A DNA stretch of 14,887 nt from Octopus sinensis (taxonomy: Eukaryota). This document shows positions 1-9,237 of the stretch, piece after piece (positions within the stretch are counted from its first letter, which is position 1; each line of letters opens with the position of its first letter). The position numbers and the translations under genes were made by a program. The notes under the pieces were generated by a model. That model was not told the DNA's origin, did not search any database, and saw nothing but the letters and a program-made list of their open reading frames with translations. Where the stretch lies: the NCBI RefSeq assembly GCF_006345805.1, contig NW_021825675.1, positions 1 to 14,887 on the forward strand. Direction: 5' to 3'.

Positions 1-114
1 TTGATTGACTACACTTTTTGATAATTTAAATTCAATTTAACATATTTAAGGCTAACACAGAAAATTGATGAGCTTAGGATAAAATCATCCAAGCAAAATT
101 ATTCAAATATTAAT

Positions 115-203
115 ATCAAATTTTAGCAATTTCGGAAGAAGGGACAAATTGATTACATCGAAACCAGTGCTCAACGGGTAGCTATTTTACCAACTCTGAA
201 AAA
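115..203 (-). mobile_element. Old fragment of SINE family B
   Basis: gattacatcgaaaccagtgctcaacgggtagctattttacc resembles gattacatcgaccccagtccgtaactggtacttaattt at 12386-12422. Confidence 0.45.
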
Positions 204-610
204 TTAGTCAAATTTTAGTGTTATTTTGAGAGAGGAAGTTGTTTTGGTTCGATAAAACATAGTAAATTATAGGCTTCGCCGTACTTGCTGATGAAACAGA
301 GCATTCTCAGTTTTTCTCGCAATAAAGAAATAAAAAAGTGTCCCTGAGACATTAGACTGCCCAGTTCTCGTGGAAAATCAAAATACTGTACAACTCTACA
401 AAGGTTAATTTTTATGGGGTGAAACTGGCTCCGACATAGTGAAGACAGTATGTTGCTCCAAATAAAATAGTGAAGTTAGCTTTTTATGATATCTGCATTA
501 AATGTTTTCACGCTAACTATAAAATATTATGGGCAATGTTCTTACACCATTTTCTACCACTTGAATAGAGAAAACAGATTTTAGGATATAGCATATAATA
601 TACTTATGCA

Positions 611-712
611 ATATATGTATGTATGTATATATATATAGGTATAAGTATGTATATGTGACATATAATATATATATATATATATATATCATATATATATATA
701 TATATATATACA
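611..712. repeat. (TA)n-rich microsatellite
   Basis: Direct inspection. Confidence 0.9.
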
Positions 713-1437
713 CGCGTACGCATACACCCGCGGACTCACTCACGAACACTCATATATTCTACATCTTCGATGTTTTCATGAAACACAAACCTCGGTTATA
801 GAATCCTATTAAAGTCAGTATTTACCGGTGAATATATAACTAGGTCGATCCATGATTATTACTGGTGTGGCAGAGTGTCTGAGAGGTTCGTATCCAGGGC
901 TGAACCTACTGCAAGACTACTTCGGAAAGTGCATCCTCTTATAGTTTATCTTTGATTGATAACGTATGAGGAAAATGATACACATATACACAATTTTGGT
1001 GAAATATCGATAACTGATATAAATATTCCCCAAAATGCAGGATCAATGATCGACGAGAAATATCCCTGGATATATTTGTTCTGTATCCATTTACATATAA
1101 TTTATTTTTGTATCTAGCACAGCATAAGAAATGAATAAATAGATAATCGTTACGCATACATATATACTCACAAGCTGACACCTATATGCACACATACACG
1201 AATATGCATATAGACATGACTATAGAAACACACATATATTTATGCATGCATACATACAGATATACATACCGTAATTATTATTTTGTCTTGTTGTTGAGAG
1301 AGGCTCCCTTTCTTTCCTGATGAGAGATTGCATCACACCGTTTATTCCTTTGGAATAAACCATGTTGTCTTCGAAACATATTCGAAAGTAAAGGAATTTT
1401 GTTAACATCTTCGTTCAACTCCATTTATTTATTTATT

Positions 1438-1509
1438 CATATATATATATATATAATATATATAATAATATATATATATATATATAGAATATATATATAT
1501 ATATATATA
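1438..1509. repeat. (TA)n microsatellite
   Basis: Direct inspection. Confidence 0.9.
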
Positions 1510-2004
1510 GAGATCAGTAAATTGTTAAATAAATTATAAATTGCCTCTTCAGTGCTACAACAGAAAAATAGATTCCGTATACTCTTCGTCTGACATCCCC
1601 GCTTCCATTCTCAAAACCGGAAACGGAAGTAGCAGTGAATGTAATAAAAGTTAGATTGCCACTAATTTATAAACTATACAATATTAATTTGCCTCTCCAC
1701 TTTCTTTCCCACTCATTAGCCTTACTAATGGATCATCGGTAATCATGCTCATTTATTTTCCCCATCTTTGGTGATGATATCTCCCACTTCATAACAAATC
1801 GTATCGTATGAGCATCAGCAAGATGTCTTCTCGATGAAACGTACACTCTTGGTATCGTCTACATGTTGTCCTTGCTTTATTATCCGTTCGTGTGAATGTG
1901 GGAGTGTGTGTGGGTGTTTGTGTGCGTGTATGTATATTTGGTATAATTATAATATCATCCTTAAGTTTACGTTTTCAATGTTGTTTGTTTCTGTTTTGAT
2001 CTAA

Positions 2005-2325
2005 TATATACATGATATGTACATATATGTATGTATGTAAACATAAATATATAAGTATATATAAATATATAAACATATATACACACACACATATATATGC
2101 ATATTTGTGTATATATAAATACATATGTATCCATATATGTATATATATATTTATATATATTTACACATATGTATACTTATGTATATATATATTTACACAT
2201 ATGTATACTTATATGTAATATATATTATTATATATATATATATGTTAATGGATGAGTGTATATATATGTATATATATATATATACATATATGCATGTGTA
2301 TATATATATATATGTATGAATATAT
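2005..2325. repeat. Degenerate compound (TA)/(CA)/(TG) microsatellite
   Basis: Direct inspection. Includes a local duplication of tttacacatatgtatacttatgta at ~2160 and ~2192. Confidence 0.9.
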
Positions 2326-3120
2326 ATGTATATCATTATTTGTGTATACATTATCATTATTGTTATTATTATTGTCGTTACCACTATTATTTATACAAAG
2401 AGATCTTAAGTCATTGATGATACCTTTTTAAAACGAAAAAAGAAATGAAGATTATGTATTTATATTTCTTTATTTGTTTCTTTTGTATTTTACTAATTTA
2501 TCGTGTATTTAATTTTTCTTGTTTTTTTTTTGTTTGGATTTTATTTTGTTTTGCTTGGGTCCCGTTCTTGTATCTTCATATAAACAATTCCATCATTGTT
2601 TCCATCGCTAAGCCTGAATTTATTCTTCATAATTGCTTAAATATACATAGTAATATATATTCGTCCAATAGGAAAATATTTTTAAAAACACGAATCTTAA
2701 TAACTATGTCTATCCAATGAATAACCACGTTGATACGTATCAGTTATTATCCTCTGTCATTGGAATACAGCTCTTGTCGATTATTCTCACGGACATCCCT
2801 GTTGCATTGATCCAGCGGTTTTCTGTTGATTTAATTCTTTCGCCGAAAAATTTTTGTTGTAGGATTGCTTAATTTTCGAAAAAGGGATCCATAATATTGA
2901 TATCAGAGTTGTTAATATTTAATACTTGTTTAGAAAGTAGGAGGACAACATCCGTGATAATTGTCACTGCAGGCATTCGGTACCGCTGGGGAGGGCTGTC
3001 TGAGCTTTGCAGACTCTCGCACAATGTATTTCACTGGGGTCCATACGTAAAAACTCGCAGCATGCATAGATTACAGGTGGGTATCCTAGAAACGTGGAAC
3101 CGTCAGACAACTAACCAGTG

Positions 3121-3570
3121 TGATGATGGCAATCCCTCAAGGTCGAGGATGATGGTCTTCGCGCAAATTTACCGGTGAGTCCGTAGGTGACCGATAAGAC
3201 CAATTCTTGCTTGAAAAGATCGGTCGCAGTGCGGACATCTAGTGTCGGAAGAGAGAGTCGCACGTGGTTGTTGTTGGCGCTCCTTCCGTCGTCGTCTTTT
3301 CTCCTCCAGCTCTGCAGACCTTTTCGACTCGAAAGTTGCCGTTTCCTCATGGATGGTGGTTTTCCAGATTGGTCTGTTTTTTGCCGTTTCCTCCCAGTTA
3401 GTGAAGTCGATGTCACACTTTTTGAGGTTCGTTTTCAGGGAGTCCTTGTAGCGTTTCTTCTGGCCTCCTTTTGTACGCTTGACGTCTTTGAGTTGGGAGT
3501 AGAAGATCTATTTGGGAAGTTGTTCGTCAGATATTCTAACCACGTGGCCGCTCCCTCTTAGCAGACTGGG
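3121..3570 (-). mobile_element. 5'-truncated RTE-clade LINE, 3' end of ORF2 plus 3' UTR and (CAT)n-type tail
   Basis: Minus frame 3549->3169 reads GHVVRISDEQLPK*IFYSQLKDVKRTKGGQKKRYKDSLKTNLKKCDIDFTNWEETAKNRPIWKTTIHEE...CPHCDRSFQARIGLIGHLRTHR*. This is the typical RTE ORF2 C-terminus (WxGHVxR, GGQKKRYKD, terminal C2H2 finger). One internal TAG at 3508-3510. The short 3' UTR ends in ccatcatca at 3121. Confidence 0.9.
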
Positions 3571-4280
3571 CAACGCGAGCACAGCAAGCCAGCTGTGCTA
3601 GCGGCAACCAGTGTACCCATGGTTTTAAAGAGTCCCGCTGTAGAAAGAAGAATGCACCCAACAGTCTCTGAAATCCTGAATATCTATTTGAAATACGCAC
3701 TTGTATTTCAAGCGAAATTTTAATAAGTCAAGCAAGTCTTCGAAACATCTTACGTCTAAATACATATTTTTACGTTATTTACAAAAGACAGATGGAAAGA
3801 CTTAGTCACACAGTCACGCACATAAGTATTGTGTGGAATTAGCAAGCAGAAATAATGCATGTGTATGTTTATAACTCCGACTTTACGTATGGAGATATAT
3901 TAGTTTCCACAACTATGCAAACAAAGAATTTACTATTTATAAACTGTTTCAATAATGGAACTTTCATAAATCTGATTAGGATAAAAGTGTATAAAACATT
4001 CAATACATCAAGTATGTACGGGAAAGAAACACATAGTTCTTCATTTGATAATTTATTTTTAAATTCCACGCATTAAAACTACGATATCCTCAATTGTTAA
4101 GTAATGAAAGTTTCTATTTTCTCTGAAAATGCTTTCAAATGTCAGATTGAAGTTAGTCCGTTGCTATTCTCGTGGTTACGACATAATAAAATCTCCTAAT
4201 GCAACTTTGTAGCGAGACCATATAATCCATTTGTCTGTCTTTTATTATGGGTATATCTAAGTAGGTATGTATGTCTACAC

Positions 4281-4282
<2 letters not shown>

Positions 4283-4316
<34 letters not shown>

Positions 4317-4322
4317 ATATAT
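4283..4322. repeat. (TA)n microsatellite
   Basis: Direct inspection. Confidence 0.9.
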
Positions 4323-4399
4323 GAGATGCACTTATTAACAGTTTGGAATAGAGACAGTTTCTGAATTAACGATGTAAATGTAGGCTTGATTTGGTACTC

Positions 4400-4610
4400 T
4401 CTGCCAGGTGGCTCCAATTGTGATATAGACCACTGTTCGAATTAATACTATAGTCGCAACATATTATTCAAACAATAGGGCAGCTTCGAAGAAATATGAA
4501 ATCACTGTACTGTTAATTCCAAAGGTCACCCAGCCGCAATATTTCTGTTCCAACTAGTATCAATTTGTCTCCATTGTGACCTCATAGCCGAGAAGCTCTG
4601 CATTGCATAC
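4400..4610 (-). mobile_element. Possible ancient LINE RT remnant
   Basis: A minus frame reads ELLGYEVTMETN*Y*LEQKYCGWVTFG, loosely like the YLG-x-EV...GWxxFG segment after RT motif 7 of RTE-type LINEs. It has stops and the similarity is weak. Confidence 0.25.
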
Positions 4611-4679
4611 AGACCTTTTAGTAGACACACGAAGGCACATATTCACACACAGAGACTGATATTCGTACACACTATACGT

Positions 4680-4718
4680 ACATATACACACACACGTATG
4701 CATATATATATATATATA

Positions 4719-4790
<72 letters not shown>

Positions 4791-4886
4791 TGTGGTGTGT
4801 ATATATGTATATATATATAGGTGTATATTATATATATATATATTTATGTATATATTATATATATATATATTATATATATATATATA

Positions 4887-4926
<40 letters not shown>

Positions 4927-5017
4927 GTGTATATATATAATATATATATATACATATCATGTATGTGTATGTGTGTGTGTATGTATATGTATGATGTGTG
5001 TGTGTGTATGGTATATG

Positions 5018-5060
<43 letters not shown>

Positions 5061-5135
5061 ATATATATACATATATATTATAATATATATATATGCATAT
5101 ACATATACTATATATATATATATATATAATATATG
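4680..5135. repeat. Long compound (TA)n/(TG)n microsatellite
   Basis: Direct inspection. It produces the spurious IY/VC-repeat ORFs in the track. Confidence 0.95.
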
Positions 5136-5275
5136 TATTTGCGCAAGGATATATATTTTAGTCAAACATCTATGAGAATGGAAAATTATATATCTTCAAC
5201 TACTATTTATTACGATGTTAATTGTAATAAATAAAATTTAAAGAATTGTAGAGAGAAAATGGTTTGAAAATTAGA

Positions 5276-5623
5276 AGCTTATTTCCCCTACTACATAGAT
5301 CCGGCTCCAGTCCTATTACATGGCACCCTGGGAAAGTTTTGGACCGACCAAACCCTTTGTGTTAAGTTGGGATTTAGAAACTGAAAGTAGCCCGACGTAT
5401 AAACATGTGTGTATGTGTGTGTGTGTGTATTTGTGTCCACCATCGCTCGTTGACCGGTGTTAGTGTGTTTACAATCGCAGTATTTTACAGTTCGGCTGAA
5501 GAGATTGATAAAAAAAGTTTTCAGACTTTAAAAATAAACGTGGTCGATTTATCCAACTACAAACTCTTTTAGGTGGTGCCCCAGCATGGCCGTAGTGTAA
5601 TAGCTGAAACATGTAAAAGAGAT
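5276..5623 (+). mobile_element. Older, diverged SINE family A copy
   Basis: Recognisable blocks occur in order: ccggctccagtcc, tggcaccctgggaaagt, ggaccgaccaaa, gaaactgaaagtagcccgacgtat, (TG)n, ggtgccccagcatggccgtagt, gctgaaacatgtaaaaga. Confidence 0.7.
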
Positions 5624-6870
5624 AATACTGCAATGGAGACAATAATTCTTCTGAGACGAAATGATCATTCACCGTTCCTTATTCGGATTCCTTTTCAATT
5701 CATAGCATAAGAATTTACCTAAATTTAAGAAATTAACCGGATCACTATAGATCTTAATTTTGGTATTTTTTAAGTTAGCAAGAGAAATTTTCTTCTTCGC
5801 GGTACTTCCCACTCACTTGAGAGAGAAATATTAATTGTTTGTGCTACGAAAGAAGTTTTTCTTATCTAACAGTCTATATGATGGGTGTAAATTTTTAGTG
5901 TTATTGCTATATTTCAATGGAAGTATGGCGCCAATAATCTACCCATGTGACCAAAATGAATCCTTGTGATGCCAGTCCATCTTTGTTTCGAATATAATCA
6001 ACCTAGGACTACATTATCAATATGTCGTTCTTCGTTTAAGATACTAGGGATATTTAACTGTGCTTTCTCTCAGTGAAATGCCCCAGGAGTTGAACATTAA
6101 TTTGAAGATTTATTCTATAATTTGAAAGAGATTATCATATTTCTAAACCAAAATACGCAAGAGACTTCCACTTTCTATCACTATCTCATTATTTCTCCCT
6201 TTCTTTCCCTGTCTCTACTGTTGAAGATAATGAAAATACTGTTAAAAGGAAGGAAAAAAAAGATGGTACTTATTCTTCAATCTTTTAAATGACTATAGAC
6301 CAACCAGTTTCAATTTCTCGAATAAAGTTGTATTGACGAGCCCAGAATTAGTACGAAACTTTACCGTCTAAAATTACAGGAATTTCTAATAAAAGGATTT
6401 CATGGTAAAATGGAAACATTTTATACTCATAACTCAAAGGAAAAAAATCTCAATATAAGAGGAAAGATATAGTTTAAACTTAGAAGCGGTTCTCACCCTT
6501 CATGGAAAATATATTCACCTTCACTGTAATCTCATAATTATCGCTCTGTGTCTCTGTCCGTTTGTTTCTCTCTCTCTCTTTCATTGCTATATAAGCAGTA
6601 GTGACAGCTGCAGTTCCCAGTGAAAGAACTACGTGTACATTTATTAAATTTTAGAAGAAATAGGTCAATAGATACTTCTAAGTTTAGTTTTACTACCTAT
6701 TAACAGACTGCTATTTAGTGTGGATTTCGAGCTTTGTATATAGCTCTTAGGCAATGTGTTTCATTTGTGAATCAAAGAAGCCACCTGCCCAAAATAATTT
6801 ATGTAGTCTCGTCTTAAGAATAATTTAATATTGCCGAGTAAGTGTTATACCTCAGAAAGAACAAAATATA

Positions 6871-7273
6871 CTCTTTACTCTTTTACCTGTTTCAGTCATT
6901 TGACTGCGGCCATGCAGGAGCACCGCCCTTTGGTCGAGCAAATCGACCCCGGGACTTATTCTTTGTAAGCCCAGTACTTATTCTATCGGTCTCTTTTGCC
7001 GAACCGCTAAGTGACCGTGACGTAAACACACCAGCATCGGTTGTCAAGCAATGCTAGGGGGAAAAACACAGACACACAAACATATACACACATATACATA
7101 TAAACATATGTTTATATGACAGGCTTCTTTCAGTTTCCGTCTACCAAATCGACTCACAAGGCCTTGGTCGGCCCGAGACTATAGCAGAAGACACTTGTCC
7201 AAGATGCCAGGCAGTGGGACTGAACCCGGAACCATGTGGTTGGTTAGCAAGGTACTTACCACACAGCCACTCC
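6871..7273 (-). mobile_element. tRNA-derived CORE-type SINE (family A, octopus OR2-like), full length
   Basis: The reverse complement has a tRNA-like head (ggagtggctgtgtggtaag...ggttcagtccc; A and B boxes), a CORE-like catcttggacaagtgtcttct, an internal TA/TG linker, a 3' half and a tail of gtaaaaga-like repeats. It is highly similar to 7719-8121 and 8798-9237. Confidence 0.85.
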
Positions 7274-7371
7274 AAAGAAAATATTTTGAGATAAATTCCC
7301 ACCAAGCTCTAGACTTGTAAAATTCTCTCTCTGTCTCTGTCGCTGTCTGTCTCTCTCTCAAACTGAAACAT

Positions 7372-7551
7372 TTTATCTTTTACTTGTTTCGGTCATTCGA
7401 CTACGGGTATCTTGGTGCACTGCCTTGAAGGGTTGTTGTTGAACGTGTATTTTAAGCCTGAACCCATCCTATCACTCACTTATGCCGGACTGCTGAGGTA
7501 CAGGAACGTAAACAGACCAACACCGGTTATCAAGCGTTGTTAGGGGTAAAT
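7372..7551 (-). mobile_element. Diverged 3'-half fragment of SINE family A
   Basis: ttttacttgtttcggtcattcgactacgg ... aacgtaaacagaccaacaccggttatcaagcg aligns loosely to 6875-7060. Confidence 0.6.
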
Positions 7552-7718
7552 ACAATAGTTAATTTCTAGAATATTCTGTATAGGAAACAAACTTGTAAAA
7601 TGTTAGAAAACAGCTATTTTAAATGCAGTCTTTGAAAATAGGTAAATATTCTGCAAGGTATGTAGTTACACCTCATCTCAGATTAATGTCTTAAAATTCA
7701 CTTTTAAACATGAACAAT

Positions 7719-8121
7719 GTGGCTATGTGGTAAGTAGCTTGCTTACCAACCACATGGTTCCGGGTTCAGTCCCACTGCGTGGCATCTTGGGCAAGTGTCT
7801 TCTGCTATAGCCCCAGGCCGACCAATACCTTGTGAGTGGATTTGGTAGACGGAAACTGAAAGAAGCCTGTCGTATATATGTATATATTATATTATAGTGT
7901 GTGGTGTATATGTTTGTGTGTCTGTGTTTGTCCCCATAGCATTGGTTGACAACCGATGCTGGTGTGTTTACGTCCCCGTTACTTAGCGGTTCGGCAAAAG
8001 AGACCGATAGAATAAGTACTGGGCTTACAAAGAATAAGTCCCGGGGTCGATTTGGTCAACTAAAGGCGGTGCTGCAGCATGGCCGCACTCAAATGACTGA
8101 AACAAGTAAAAGAGTAAAGAG
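7719..8121 (+). mobile_element. SINE family A (CORE-type), near full length
   Basis: gtggctatgtggtaag (A box), gggttcagtccc (B box), gcatcttgggcaagtgtcttct (resembles the CORE motif of MIR-type SINEs), internal microsatellite, and a 3' end tgactgaaacaagtaaaagagtaaaga. Confidence 0.88.
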
Positions 8122-8147
8122 AATGTATAACTCATGCAAAATATGTA

Positions 8148-8567
8148 GGATCTTTTCGGTTTGATCGGCAGTTTTTTTCTAGCGGTGTCATATGAAATTG
8201 TCACCCATAATTATGACCCTAGTATCGATCTGTTGCATTTCAATCTGTTTTAGGGTTAAGGTTAGAGTTAGAGGTGGGGGGAAGGATATCTTTTTTTCTT
8301 CACAAATGCAAATAAACCCAATCTGTTTCTTAAATGAGGGACATTTTCATACGGCACAGAATGCTTTCACCTCAATAAACGTCATTGATTGGTTGAAATT
8401 GCAGAAATTGAAGAAAAAAACAAATATATTACAAACTATAGAATTTTTTCAATAACGCCAAGAGAAAATGATGTTTTATAAACACATTCTACCAGTATAC
8501 GAAGTTTAAAAGTGTTTAGTTACGTGGAAATTATTTTTAAAAACTGCCGGTCAAACCGAAAAGATCC
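8148..8567. mobile_element. MITE / non-autonomous DNA transposon with 29-bp terminal inverted repeats
   Basis: Left TIR 8148-8176 (ggatcttttcggtttgatcggcagttttt) and right TIR 8539-8567 (aaaaactgccggtcaaaccgaaaagatcc) match at 28/29. Flanking direct repeat aatatgt at 8140-8146 and 8568-8574. No ORF. Confidence 0.88.
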
Positions 8568-8797
8568 AATATGTGAAATGTTCAATAAAAAGTTAATTTT
8601 CTAGTGCAAATGGGAAATATAGGAATGTAGTAAAATTGAAATTGACAAATGCAAGTGAATAAGTAAATATTGTTTCCTAATGTAGTGATTTTACTAGTAA
8701 ATGAGAAATAAAGTTCAGTTAGTCATACGGACTATGAATGCACTGCCTCTTAAATTTGATATGGAAATTTGATATGAAATAAGGTCAATGGTAATAT

Positions 8798-9015
8798 TCT
8801 CTTTACTTTTTTACTTGTTTCAGTCATTTGACTGTGGCCATGCTGAAGCACTTGCCTTTAGTCGAGCAAATCGACCCCAGGACTTATTCTTTGTAAGCCT
8901 AGTACTTATTCTATCGGTCTGTTTTGCTGAACCGCTAAGTTACGGGGACGTAAACATACCAGCATCGGTTGTCAGGCGATGTTGGGGGCACAAACACAGA
9001 CACACAAATATACAT

Positions 9016-9076
<61 letters not shown>

Positions 9077-9237
9077 CATACACATATACATATATGCGGC
9101 GGGCTTCTTTCAGTTTCCGTCTACCAAATCCACTCACAAGAATTTGGTTGTCCCGAGGTTATAGTAGAAGACACTTGCGCAAGGTGTCACACAGTGGGAC
9201 TGAACCCGGAACCATGTAGTTCGTAAGCAAGTTACTT
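8798..9237 (-). mobile_element. SINE family A, interrupted within its tRNA head
   Basis: Colinear with the reverse complement of 7719-8121 up to agcaagttactt (9237), where similarity stops abruptly. The internal (CA)/(TA) linker is expanded. Confidence 0.88.

Noticed and set aside
864-897. A-box-like tggcagagtg and B-box-like ggttcgtatcc
   Set aside because: Only ~7 nt apart, too close for a tRNA or Pol III type 2 promoter, and no cloverleaf.
1340-1360. Perfect 9-bp hairpin gtttattcc-ttt-ggaataaac
   Set aside because: Isolated and AT-rich; plausible by chance in 15 kb, with no supporting context.
3111-3561. Track ORFs 3111..3416(-), 3187..3561(+) and 3242..3451(+)
   Set aside because: Off-frame or antisense readings of the RTE ORF2 remnant; the true frame is 3549->3169 on the minus strand.
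513-5175. Many track ORFs rich in IY/VC/HT repeats (e.g. 513..749, 2012..2218, 4718..5020, 4753..5175)
   Set aside because: They are translations of (TA)n/(TG)n microsatellites, which lack stops in some frames.
6842-9226. ORFs 6842..7057, 7946..8164, 8788..9219 and 8969..9226
   Set aside because: They are translations of SINE family A; the similarity between them reflects the repeat, not a gene family.
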